The position numbers were made by a program, and so were the translations under genes. Positions 8,516 to 17,369 of a stretch of 64,000 bases of DNA are shown piece by piece (the first letter of the stretch is position 1; the number at the start of each line of letters is the position of its first letter). The notes under the pieces were generated by a model, which saw only the letters and a list, made by a program, of their open reading frames with translations, did no database searches and had not been told where the DNA came from. The stretch is from Desulfatiglandales bacterium (lineage in GTDB: Bacteria; Desulfobacterota; DSM-4660; Desulfatiglandales; Desulfatiglandaceae), in NCBI GenBank assembly GCA_963662465.1, contig OY759599.1:2048001-2112000 (forward strand), read 5' to 3'.

Positions 8516-11500
8516 CATTTCCTTTAAAAGTCTGATCCGATTATTCTTGGCTTTATACTTTTCAATAATCCCTTGTTCTTCCAGCGTATTGAGACTGCGC
8601 ATAACTCGGTGCTCAAAAACTTTACGAGGGTTTCCGCGTGTTAAAACCCCCACTTCCTTGAGAACACGAGATGCCACGGAATGCAGGGTGCAGGACTGGT
8701 TTGGGCATTTTGACAATGCATTGATAATGGCGTTCTGGATTTCCATTATGGTAACTTCTTCCACGCGATGACCTACGGACTCTACGTCATTTTCATCATT
8801 TTCGGGTGAATCATCGCTATGAGTGCGATCGTTGTCTTCTTCATCATCTAATTCCTCGAAAACCTGCCCATCCTCAGCATCTTGCCAGCCTTCGTTGCTC
8901 TCGGAGTGATGGTCTCCAAAGCATGATCCGGGGAAAATACCTCTTTCTTCAAGCATGAACCACAATTGTTGAAGCGCCCCATTTTTGTCTGTGTAAAAGG
9001 CCGACTCTCTCACACGGAAAAACTCCCATCCGCAACGTTCAAGTTGCCGTTGGCGTTGCATGTCCGCCTCGTAACGGTCGGCGCCGTGCCAATTATCTCC
9101 ATCGCACTCAACCGCCAGCCGCGCCTGTCCGCCCTCAACCACAAGATCAATTCGCTTTCCCGCAACTTCATGCTGGGCAAGCACAGTGAAATCTCTGCGA
9201 AGAAGTTCCAAGGCAACGTCAACCTCGAACCAACTCTCGAATTTGTCAGGGGGCTTTACAATGCCTCGATTGTCCTGCGTTGCTCGCCGCTCCAGTTCGG
9301 CCACCTCAATTCCAGCAATCTGTTGAGGCTTCGTGTTCTCGAAAAAATCAAGCAACTGTCGCCGAAGACACGAGACGCTAAGATCGTCACAGGTGACGGA
9401 ATGGAATAGAATCATCATGTCACGGGCGCGACTGGCCGCGACATTGAAGCGTCGCTCGTCCGCCGCCTTTGCGAGAGGCCCGATTCTTTCATTGCCGGCC
9501 GCGACGAGCGACAAAAACATGATGTCGCGTTCATCGCCTTGAAAACTGTAAGGGTTGCCGCAAATCAGGCGACGCCGTTCCATTTCCTCGGCCCCCAGTC
9601 GTTCGAGCAACTGATTCTCGATCAAAGCAGCTTGCGCTTCGCCTTGAAGCACCACCACCCCCATAGTCTTGCCATTGTACCGGCTGTCGCCGCACATTTC
9701 GGCGAACCTTTCGACGATGGCTTCGGCTTCCGGACGGTTGATTGTTCGGGTGTTTGAACCTTCACGATATCCACCGCTCACAAAAACATGTTCCAGCGGC
9801 GGCAGCCGGTCCGGGCCATACTGCCTCAAGGGAATGAGCGGCGTATCCGAATAGCAAAGGTCATTGCTGAAACGGATGATTTCCGGCATGCAGCGGAAGT
9901 GCTCACGCAGCGTGACGCGCCGCGTGCCGTAGCGAAGTTTCCCGTGATCGAACAAGCTGCTTTCAATATCGAATGACGACTTGAAGTGGAAATCGTAAAG
10001 GAACTCTTCCATCAGGCGGTGCACCGAATCGCGGGGCAAACCCACGGCATCAGGGCTGATCTGTTTGTCATCGCCAACGATCAATATCTTCTTTCCAAGA
10101 TAGAATAAGTGAAGAGCTTCGACGCCACATTGCGAAGCTTCGTCAATGATAATCACATCGAACATGCCGGGCGTGGGATACACCGTGTCCCAAATGCGAT
10201 GGAGTGGCATTACCCATGCCGGAACCGCTTCGCGGCACTCATTCAGATGTCCTTGAGCCTCGCGACGATGGTGCGGCGCGTGTTTACCAGTCCCCTTGCC
10301 AAGCCGCCGCATGGATTGCTGCCAGGCCTCCATGTGGCGGCGATGGTCTTCCTTGAGCCGTGAGAAACAGAAAGACCAGGCGTAAAGGGAAGCAAGTTTC
10401 GCGATAATGCCGTTTATCTCATCCTCGATTTGTTTGGCGCGCATGGCGAGCGCCGGAACGTCTTCCTGTCGAATGTAATCCTCAATCCAGTACCACGCCT
10501 GCGCCCAATGCCAAGCGTCGCCAATTCGCCGGACTCGTTCTTCCCAATATGGCTCGTTGCAGGTTTGTTCCAAGGACTTCGTGAACTTCGGAAGCAAGCG
10601 GCGCAGTTTCGAGAGATATTCGTCCACCTTCTGAAGGCGGTGACGCTGTTTCTCCAAATCCTGAATCGTATTCGCGCACAGAGCAAACTTATCCATGCCG
10701 CGGCTGCGAATGGCACGCAGCAAATCGTTTGTCACCGGATGTGCGCTGCCCATAGCGACCACGCGAGAAATCGGAACCTCAACGCTTTGGATTTCCTCGA
10801 CGGCAAGCCGCTTGCGGATACGGGCCAACGCAAGGAGGCATGAGGAGACAACCCTTTCAACCTGGGATTCGTCGGCCCATACGGGCTCACCCATGCCTGA
10901 ACATTGGTTTATCGCTTCTCGACATTTGGCAATGAGTTCTTCTAGGGCCAAGGCGTTTTCGAGCGCATCACGCAACGACTTGAGAGCTGTCAATTGGAGA
11001 GTGTACGGACCTTCAACCTTTTCACTTCGCCCTTTCCAGAAGCCCCACGCCTTTTCAAATTCAATGCGAACATGCACCGCATCCGAAAGATTTGAGAAAT
11101 GCTCGACAGTGGAACAGGGGCGTCCAGTGATTCGCACAGTCTTGATTACGTAAAGCCTTTCCTTCACCGGTTTGGGTCGAAATACCCCCCAACCCAGTTT
11201 CCCGCCCTTCTCCATGTACTCTTTCAGTTTGCGAGCATCTTCATACAACGACCTGATATCGGTAGTGTCCGGGAATTCAATTCGGGTCTCATCGGCGACC
11301 GCAACGAGTTCTTCAATTGATGCAATAACATCTCGCGTAACACGTAGAAATTCATGCCACAGGGACGAGTTGCCGCCCAAAATATCGCTCAAAACATCGT
11401 TCATCCATGCATGCGGCGTTGCGAGGAGTCTCCTGCGAGTGTCCCGAAAAGTTGAGAAAGCTTTATGGATCGCCTCGATGGCCGAAGGATTGTTTTTTAC

Positions 11501-13390
11501 CAAAACATCGGCAAACCGTTCATCGGCCCCGCGTGCCGAGTTTTGCTCATCTTCAGTCGCCCTTGTCTCATTCCTCACAAGGTTAGCAAAGCGCTCAGGG
11601 GATGGCAACGCTTCGGGCCATGCAAGGCCCAATTCCCGGCTTTTCTCTGGCGTGAATTGGCGCAAAACCACAAGAACGTTTCTCAAGTCGTTTTCGGAGA
11701 TCTGACACGTCTTGTCTAAAGGAACGGAATCCGTGAACCATTCGTAGTCGGATCGATCCCGGTTCACAGTTTCGGCGATTCTAGCCGCCGTCCCTCGATA
11801 GGCTCCCTCCGCAATGGACTGCGTATGCGTTTCGGACTCCCTGATGTCGCGAAGTCGCCGGTTGACCCTGGCCTTCTCCTCGCGGAGTTTCCGAAGGCGC
11901 TCTTCAAGTTCCCTGCGCTCACATTTGGCGCGATCTTCGTTCCACTCCTCATTCTTCCGGAGAATGCCGCCAACGCTGGCTTCGAGAGAGCGGCGTTCCT
12001 CAAGTCCACTGCCAAGTAGATTGATGCAAAGGGGGCGCAACTCATCAGGCACAAGCCCTTCAAGAACCTGAAGCGCACGCGGCGTTTTCGCCGTGATGAG
12101 TGTTCGCTGTCCCGTGGCAAGCAGATGGCAAATCAGATTGGCGATGGTATGAGATTTTCCGGTGCCCGGCGGCCCTTGCACAAGTACGCCGCTTGCCGTT
12201 CGAATCTTATCAACAATGCGGCGTTGCTCATCGTTCGATGGTTTGGGGAAGAAGACCTCACCATCGAATGCAGCGTTTGCCTCTTCCGGCCCATTTGGCG
12301 ATTCACGGCCATCCTTCGGGCGGATTTCCGCGAGGTCCGAGAATTCGCCGAGGATGTCTTCGCCGTGCTCAATCTGTTCCTTGATCCGTTTCAAGGTTTC
12401 GGTAAGACCTTTGGCGGAACGCTTTCGCAGAATCAAAGCCGGAGCATATTCCACGATGGGCTTCGCCGAAGCGCGGATGTTTTTCGCTTCCAGCGAATCG
12501 TCATAATCGCCTTGTGAGTTGATCGAATGCACCAGGGCCTGTAGGACGCCTTCGATACATCCTTTTTCCCACGGATCGTCTTCGGCTGCGGTCAGTGACA
12601 CCTTCGCGGTTTCCTCCACGTGCGCCGGTTGCTCCTCGATGTCCAACATGTCGAGTTCGGGCCGTAGTTTGGCACCTTCGGTGTGGGGCCGGACGGTGAA
12701 TTTGCCCAAACGGGCTTCAAACTCCAAGATTGCATCCGCAACAGCCAAATGACGCCTGATGCGCTGTCCGGTCTGCGTCTGCCAAGTTAGCAGGCCCAAA
12801 CCGAGTACGAGTTCGTATTCCTCGCCAAGACGAAGTTGCTCCTGATGAATGGCAAAGAGCGCGGAATAGACCTTATGGACTTTCTCCCACGCATTATGTT
12901 CCTCCGTCCAAAGAAACCATTTGCCTTCCACATACCGTTCCCATGTTTGCTGAATTTCAGGGTGATTCTTAAGGTGTTCGATGTTCTGGATGGTTTCCGA
13001 CTGGTCTGATCCCTCGCGCCAATCGGGATTCTGGATTTGACGAGTAATCTCAGAAAGAAGTTCAGGTAGGACATTCTTGTTTCGGAGTAGAGACCGATTC
13101 ACCCAATCTCTGCATTGAGTGGGCACAGCGGGTAGTTCGGGTTCTCGTCGGTTTTGCACTTCCAACCATACGTCCGATTCATATTCCTCATCGCGCCCCC
13201 ATGCCTGGGTGAAACACCCCTGTTCCCTTGGAATGGCTGAAAGCCACAGAACCTTCTCGTACTCGTCAATGCTGCGGATCAGTTTCGCACGCAGGGTCGC
13301 CAGCCGTAGAAAATAATCCACCAAGCGAACGGCTTTTTTTGCTTCAGAGTTGAGTGTCTGTGGTTCGTTCACAAGCTCACTTATATCCAT
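8501..13390 (-). CDS. Superfamily-1 (DNA2/NAM7-Upf1-like) helicase with long helical insertion and C-terminal Vsr/DUF559-like nuclease; candidate anti-phage protein
   Basis: VQGPPGTGKS, IIDEASQ, VGDDKQISP, LREHFRC, FQGDERD and RRFNVAASRARD motifs; nuclease ESWFEVDV...RIDLVV...LAVECDGDNWH...DMQRQRQLERCGW. Confidence 0.9.
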   Translation of the reverse strand: MDISELVNEPQTLNSEAKKAVRLVDYFLRLATLRAKLIRSIDEYEKVLWLSAIPREQGCFTQAWGRDEEYESDVWLEVQNRREPELPAVPTQCRDWVNRSLLRNKNVLPELLSEITRQIQNPDWREGSDQSETIQNIEHLKNHPEIQQTWERYVEGKWFLWTEEHNAWEKVHKVYSALFAIHQEQLRLGEEYELVLGLGLLTWQTQTGQRIRRHLAVADAILEFEARLGKFTVRPHTEGAKLRPELDMLDIEEQPAHVEETAKVSLTAAEDDPWEKGCIEGVLQALVHSINSQGDYDDSLEAKNIRASAKPIVEYAPALILRKRSAKGLTETLKRIKEQIEHGEDILGEFSDLAEIRPKDGRESPNGPEEANAAFDGEVFFPKPSNDEQRRIVDKIRTASGVLVQGPPGTGKSHTIANLICHLLATGQRTLITAKTPRALQVLEGLVPDELRPLCINLLGSGLEERRSLEASVGGILRKNEEWNEDRAKCERRELEERLRKLREEKARVNRRLRDIRESETHTQSIAEGAYRGTAARIAETVNRDRSDYEWFTDSVPLDKTCQISENDLRNVLVVLRQFTPEKSRELGLAWPEALPSPERFANLVRNETRATEDEQNSARGADERFADVLVKNNPSAIEAIHKAFSTFRDTRRRLLATPHAWMNDVLSDILGGNSSLWHEFLRVTRDVIASIEELVAVADETRIEFPDTTDIRSLYEDARKLKEYMEKGGKLGWGVFRPKPVKERLYVIKTVRITGRPCSTVEHFSNLSDAVHVRIEFEKAWGFWKGRSEKVEGPYTLQLTALKSLRDALENALALEELIAKCREAINQCSGMGEPVWADESQVERVVSSCLLALARIRKRLAVEEIQSVEVPISRVVAMGSAHPVTNDLLRAIRSRGMDKFALCANTIQDLEKQRHRLQKVDEYLSKLRRLLPKFTKSLEQTCNEPYWEERVRRIGDAWHWAQAWYWIEDYIRQEDVPALAMRAKQIEDEINGIIAKLASLYAWSFCFSRLKEDHRRHMEAWQQSMRRLGKGTGKHAPHHRREAQGHLNECREAVPAWVMPLHRIWDTVYPTPGMFDVIIIDEASQCGVEALHLFYLGKKILIVGDDKQISPDAVGLPRDSVHRLMEEFLYDFHFKSSFDIESSLFDHGKLRYGTRRVTLREHFRCMPEIIRFSNDLCYSDTPLIPLRQYGPDRLPPLEHVFVSGGYREGSNTRTINRPEAEAIVERFAEMCGDSRYNGKTMGVVVLQGEAQAALIENQLLERLGAEEMERRRLICGNPYSFQGDERDIMFLSLVAAGNERIGPLAKAADERRFNVAASRARDMMILFHSVTCDDLSVSCLRRQLLDFFENTKPQQIAGIEVAELERRATQDNRGIVKPPDKFESWFEVDVALELLRRDFTVLAQHEVAGKRIDLVVEGGQARLAVECDGDNWHGADRYEADMQRQRQLERCGWEFFRVRESAFYTDKNGALQQLWFMLEERGIFPGSCFGDHHSESNEGWQDAEDGQVFEELDDEEDNDRTHSDDSPENDENDVESVGHRVEEVTIMEIQNAIINALSKCPNQSCTLHSVASRVLKEVGVLTRGNPRKVFEHRVMRSLNTLEEQGIIEKYKAKNNRIRLLKEMAQQA

Positions 13391-13400
13391 AGATTTCTTG

Positions 13401-13496
13401 ACCTAACGACAAACTTAGCAGAAGACAGGGCGATACAGACTTTCAGTCCGGCACGGCAGCCCTACCCTGGTTTTCTGCTACAGTGACAGGTTGGGC
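13401..13496 (-). other. attC site
   Basis: Minus strand: GCCCAAC...TAGCAGAAAACCAGGG...CCCTGTCTTCTGCTA...GTTAGGT (96 bp). The helicase ATG follows 10 nt after the R' box. Confidence 0.8.
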
Positions 13497-13507
13497 ATAA
13501 AAATATA

Positions 13508-13545
13508 TTGACATCCCACCTTTAATATGTACAATATTCTGTACA
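13508..13545 (+). promoter_or_regulatory. sigma70 promoter and YefM-YoeB operator
   Basis: TTGACA-16nt-TACAAT, with two TGTACA cores (13528 and 13540) 12 bp apart, as in the E. coli yefM-yoeB operator. Confidence 0.8.
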
Positions 13546-13557
13546 GGAGGTGCTAAA

Positions 13558-13809
13558 ATGGAAGCCATAACCTATACGGCAGCAAGGCAAAACCTTGCAA
13601 AAACAATGGAAAAAGTTTGCAGAGACCGTGCGCCGATGATTGTAACGAAAAAATCCTCGGGTTCTGTAGTTATTATGTCTCTTGAGGACTTTGAAGCCCT
13701 TGAAGAGACAGCCTATCTGCTACGGTCACCGAAAAACACAAAGCGGCTGATTGAATCTATTGCTCAACTCGAAAATGGCAAAGGGGCTGAAAAGGAGCTT
13801 GTAGAGTGA
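13558..13809 (+). CDS. yefM: YefM antitoxin
   Basis: ITYTAARQNLAKTM...VIMSLEDFEALEETAYLLRSPKN..RLIESI. Confidence 0.93.
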   Translation: MEAITYTAARQNLAKTMEKVCRDRAPMIVTKKSSGSVVIMSLEDFEALEETAYLLRSPKNTKRLIESIAQLENGKGAEKELVE

Positions 13810-14060
13810 AGCTCATTTTTTCTGACCACGCTTGGGACGATTACATCTTTTGGCAAAAAACTGACAAAAAGATTCTTCGTCGCATCAACACCCTCATTAA
13901 GGAAACCAAACGAAATCCTTTTGAGGGTGTGGGAAAGCCTGAGCCGCTAAAACATGCACTTTCCGGATATTGGTCCAGGCGAATAACAGACGAACATAGA
14001 TTTATCTATAAAGTCTCCGAAGATGCAATTCATATTGCCCAACTGAGATACCACTACTGA
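13806..14060 (+). CDS. yoeB: YoeB/Txe toxin
   Basis: AWDDYIFWQ...PFEGVGKPEPLKH.LSGYWSRRITDEHR...RYHY. Confidence 0.95.
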   Translation: MKLIFSDHAWDDYIFWQKTDKKILRRINTLIKETKRNPFEGVGKPEPLKHALSGYWSRRITDEHRFIYKVSEDAIHIAQLRYHY

Positions 14061-14071
14061 TCCCCGTTTAG

Positions 14072-14133
14072 CCCCAACGCCGCTACTGTGGGGTGCGCGG
14101 TCCTTGCGCATCCCTACCAGCAGTTTGTTAGGC
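14072..14133 (-). other. attC site
   Basis: Minus strand: GCCTAAC AAA CTGCTGGTAGGGATGCGC AAGGACC GCGCACCCCACAGTAG CGGC GTTGGGG (62 bp). It is an imperfect hairpin with bulged bases, 6 nt after the upstream gene's stop. Confidence 0.85.
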
Positions 14134-14139
14134 GAACAA

Positions 14140-14674
14140 TTACCGATACTCGTCACCAGCCTGATTGCACAATTCAATACAGCAATCAAGCCATGATTGG
14201 TACCAGTACCAAACACCTTGAACTTCAACCCCGAACCCCTTTGCCGGATTCTTGGCATCCTCGGCCTGCCACATGCGCAGGTGCTCTGCGAGAACGCGAA
14301 ATTTCTTGAAACCCGCTTTGTTAACTGCCTCAACGACATCAGTTGCGCGGTATTTCGGGCGTTCAGTTTCTTTCTTAACCCAGAATTCCTTATCAATGGT
14401 TTTTGCTAAATCAGACTTGGGGTCAATGAACTCGATCACCTTGTCAGCCTGCCCTGGCTTATTTTAAACTTATCTGGTAGACTCTTCAGCTCATTAAGGA
14501 ACTCTTGCATGCTGTCCCCAGTTAGATCCCCAAGGTAAGCATGGATAAAAACGGTCAACTGCTTCTTTTCCTCTTTGGATAAGCTTTTCGATAAGATTGA
14601 AGAGACTCCTCCTCGTCAGCGTTTGTCTTGAGGAAAGGATGAGACTCAAAACCGAGTTGAATGTAGAATGCCAC
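14140..14674 (-). pseudogene. Decayed chimeric first cassette: fragments of one gene's N-terminus joined to a DUF3644-like C-terminus
   Basis: AGGAG RBS plus GTG 14674 gives VAFYIQLGFESHPFLKTNADEEE, then frame breaks. The final segment, NKPGQADKVIEFIDPKS...WYWYQSW, stops at 14140. Confidence 0.55.
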
Positions 14675-14705
14675 GTGGAATTCTCCTATTATTTTTTCTT
14701 AATGC

Positions 14706-14745
14706 GCCCAACAAGATAATATGCTGTTTCCGAATAACCCATACC
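14706..14745 (-). other. attI-like site heading the cassette array
   Basis: Minus strand: GGGTTATTCGGAAACAGCATATTATCTT|GTTGGGC. This is a GTTRRRY box with no preceding attC hairpin, directly before the first cassette's RBS. Confidence 0.5.
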
Positions 14746-14907
14746 ACCAATTTCAATTTGCTTGCAAAAGTTCAAATTTTGCCGGTTTGCTAACGGTATA
14801 ACGTGATAAAGGAGGTGATATCTGGTTTCCGGATAAGCTGCCATACTGAGAATCCCTTCAGAAATAGCACATGCCTTTCACTTCCCAAGTTCCTCACCTT
14901 CTCCCTT

Positions 14908-16017
14908 TTACCGATCAATCTCAGGGATCACCAGATCCAGACTGCCCAGAATAGACACCGCATCCTGCAAAAGATGCCCTTTCGCCAGTTCCCCGAAAAG
15001 GCTCAGGTTGGAGAAACCGGGCGAGCGCAATTTCACGCGGTAGGGGAATTTGTCCCCGTTTGAAATGAGATAGACGCCGATCTTCCCCCGTGCCCCTTCC
15101 ACGGCGAAATAGGCTTCCCCCCTGGGAGGTTTCCAGCGGGGTTTGGGGGCTTTTTTGACGATGTAATCCCCTTCCGGAATCCGGTTTACGGCCTGTTCGA
15201 TGATGTTGAGACTTTCCGCCAGTTCCGCCATGCGAACCCGGTATCGGCCCATGGCATCACCCTTTTCATCAACGGGTATTCGATAATCGAACCGGTCGTA
15301 TATGGAATAGGGTTCGGATTTTCGAATATCATAGGGGCGGTTGGAGCCTCTGATAACGGGTCCTGTGGCCCCGTACCTTTGACACATCTCAAGGGAAAGA
15401 ACCCCTACCCCCTCGCAGCGCTTACGGAAAATAATGTTGTCCGTCACCAGATCCCGGTACATGGGGAGCCGGTCTCTCATATATTTCACAAAGGCAAGGG
15501 TATCTTTCAGAAATGAATCGGTAACGTCCGTTGCCACCCCGCCGGGGCGGAAAAAACTGTAGGTAAGGCGCGATCCCGAAATGGGTTGAAGGAGATCCAG
15601 AATTTTTTCCCGATCCTCAAAGGCGTACATGATGGGCGTAAAAGCCCCCAGATCCAGGATATAGGCCCCGAACCAGACCAGGTGAGAGGATATACGGTTC
15701 AACTCTCCGGTGATGACCCGAATAAATTCCGCCCGTTCAGGAACCTCAATGCCGGCCAGACGTTCCAGTGCCCCCACATAGGCCCAGTTCCATCCCAAAG
15801 GGTTCAGGTAGTCCACGCGGCCCATGTTTGGCATGTATTGCACACAGGTTCTGATCTCCGCCATTTTTTCGTGCATACGGTGGAGATATCCAATGACGGG
15901 CGTTGCCCTGACGATATATTCGCCGTCCAGGACCAGCACGACCCGAAGCACCCCGTGGGTGGACGGGTGCTGAGGCCCCATGTTAATGATGAGAGTTTGT
16001 TCGTCGCCTTCGGTCAT
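14908..16017 (-). CDS. nuoD: NADH-quinone oxidoreductase subunit D
   Basis: NMGPQHPSTHGVLR, GYLHR..EK and GSLDLVIPEIDR; no NiFe CxxC motifs. Confidence 0.95.
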   Translation of the reverse strand: MTEGDEQTLIINMGPQHPSTHGVLRVVLVLDGEYIVRATPVIGYLHRMHEKMAEIRTCVQYMPNMGRVDYLNPLGWNWAYVGALERLAGIEVPERAEFIRVITGELNRISSHLVWFGAYILDLGAFTPIMYAFEDREKILDLLQPISGSRLTYSFFRPGGVATDVTDSFLKDTLAFVKYMRDRLPMYRDLVTDNIIFRKRCEGVGVLSLEMCQRYGATGPVIRGSNRPYDIRKSEPYSIYDRFDYRIPVDEKGDAMGRYRVRMAELAESLNIIEQAVNRIPEGDYIVKKAPKPRWKPPRGEAYFAVEGARGKIGVYLISNGDKFPYRVKLRSPGFSNLSLFGELAKGHLLQDAVSILGSLDLVIPEIDR

Positions 16018-16610
16018 TGCCCCTCGGGTTTCGATTCTTCGGTTGGCAAATTGGCTTCTTCAAAAAACAGAAAATCAGGGTCCCTTTCCACGATTTCGCC
16101 CGGATCCAGCAGATTTTTTAACGGTGCCCGGCCTTTATCCTCCTTTATAAGGGGATGATCCGTCATGTCTTCGGGCAACAACAGAGGTTTTGGGTTCGGG
16201 TGACCGGTAAAGTAAATACCAAAAAAATCCATTACCTCCCGTTCGTGCCATAAAGCGCCGCTGTAAACAGGGCTGATGGTCGGAATTTGAGGGTCATCGT
16301 GAGGAACGATTACATAAAGAGCGGTCCTGTCCGAGCCGGAATATACGCTTAAATGGTACACCGCCACAAAGCCATTTGCGCTGTCCAGGCCCGAAATATC
16401 TTCCAGGAAAAAACCGGCTTGAAACAACCGCTGAGCCGCATCCACCAGCGTGTCGGGGGAAAGAAAAAGACCCCAGGTGATCCCCGTCTTTTCAAAAACG
16501 TGTCGGCACTTGCAAAGGGTATTGAGGCCTTCCATCCACGCAGGCGTCATGTGCCTTTGTCCTCGGTTTGGATTCCGGTTATTCTCATTTATGCGTTTAG
16601 ACTCATTCAA
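16014..16610 (-). CDS. nuoC: NADH-quinone oxidoreductase subunit C (start may be 16550)
   Basis: PTISPVYSGALWHEREVMDFFGIYFTGHPNPKPLLLP...HPL.K. Confidence 0.9.
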   Translation of the reverse strand: MNESKRINENNRNPNRGQRHMTPAWMEGLNTLCKCRHVFEKTGITWGLFLSPDTLVDAAQRLFQAGFFLEDISGLDSANGFVAVYHLSVYSGSDRTALYVIVPHDDPQIPTISPVYSGALWHEREVMDFFGIYFTGHPNPKPLLLPEDMTDHPLIKEDKGRAPLKNLLDPGEIVERDPDFLFFEEANLPTEESKPEGQ

Positions 16611-17019
16611 TGGCCATAGCCTTGAGGCCCCTTTTTGAAAGATCTCTGTCGAAGGAGTATATCCCTTTCAGATTTTTCTTTTTTGACAACGCCAATAAAT
16701 AGGCATCAACAAGGTCGATTTTTTCGGTTTGGAGTATTTCAAAACAGGATAGAATAAGGGGCTTATCATGCATGATGATACCCATAAACGATACGATGTC
16801 CGACAGCTTTTCGGCAGCCTCATTTTGGGGCACTCGATAAAATTTCGTGAGTACAAAAAATGCTTCGAACAACACAAGTTCACACAACGCTACGTTTCGC
16901 TCTCCACTTTCCACTTTTGGAAAAAAAGTAAAAACCCCTCTAAATTTCATGTGAACTTTTTCTGGATCTTCCACGAGATAACGGATGATGACATTTGTGT
17001 CAATTAGACTAATTTCCAC
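16603..17019 (-). CDS. PIN-domain VapC toxin
   Basis: LIDTNVIIRYL...VLFE...DLVDAYL...IYSFDRDL; GTG start overlaps the antitoxin end. Confidence 0.88.
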   Translation of the reverse strand: MEISLIDTNVIIRYLVEDPEKVHMKFRGVFTFFPKVESGERNVALCELVLFEAFFVLTKFYRVPQNEAAEKLSDIVSFMGIIMHDKPLILSCFEILQTEKIDLVDAYLLALSKKKNLKGIYSFDRDLSKRGLKAMAIE

Positions 17020-17269
17020 GGACAATTCCTTCCGCAAGTGCCTCTTTCATTTCTTGCTTTGAGGGGAACCGCCGTTTTTGTTTGTATTTTGAAAGAGAAC
17101 CAGCCAGTTTAGCGGATTTCATTCCGCCTGCCTTTTTCAGCGTTAGGCTTTTTTCACGTCTATCCACGATAACATCCAGCATATCACCAATCTCAATATC
17201 GAACTCTTTTCGGACGTCAACCGGGATCACCACTTGACCCTTATCAAATATCTCAATCAGCATCTTCAT
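17009..17269 (-). CDS. AbrB/MazE-family antitoxin
   Basis: KGQVVIPVDVRKEFDIEIGDML motif. Confidence 0.88.
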   Translation of the reverse strand: MKMLIEIFDKGQVVIPVDVRKEFDIEIGDMLDVIVDRREKSLTLKKAGGMKSAKLAGSLSKYKQKRRFPSKQEMKEALAEGIVRGN

Positions 17270-17305
17270 TACCCCCCTCGACCTATTTTGCTTGCTCCAG
17301 TACGA

Positions 17306-17333
17306 AATATACCGAATCCTCTGAAGTTGTCAA
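17306..17333 (-). promoter_or_regulatory. Internal sigma70 promoter for abrB-vapC, pointing into nuoCD
   Basis: Minus strand TTGACA-16nt-TATATT between the nuoB stop and abrB. Confidence 0.6.
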
Positions 17334-17369
17334 AAAAGAACTGCCCCAAATTGCTATCCAATCCTGTTT

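Larger units (their letters stand above)
7919..14745 (-). mobile_element. Integron-type gene-cassette array with no integrase in the window (CALIN-like)
   Basis: attC-like sites at 14072-14133, 13401-13496 and 8457-8515, degenerate sites at 7919-8029, and an attI-like site at about 14706-14745. Genes begin just after GTT boxes and end at RYYYAAC boxes. Confidence 0.8.

Noticed and set aside
8547..13316. Many short alternative-frame and antisense ORFs over the helicase (and likewise over nuo, dsr and the kinases)
   Set aside because: They overlap well-supported genes and have no recognisable motifs, so they are shadow ORFs.
3018..14900. Prophage, ICE or IS-bounded transposon as the vehicle for the nuo insert
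   Set aside because: No integrase, transposase, phage or conjugation gene is present, and I found no terminal direct or inverted repeats by eye.
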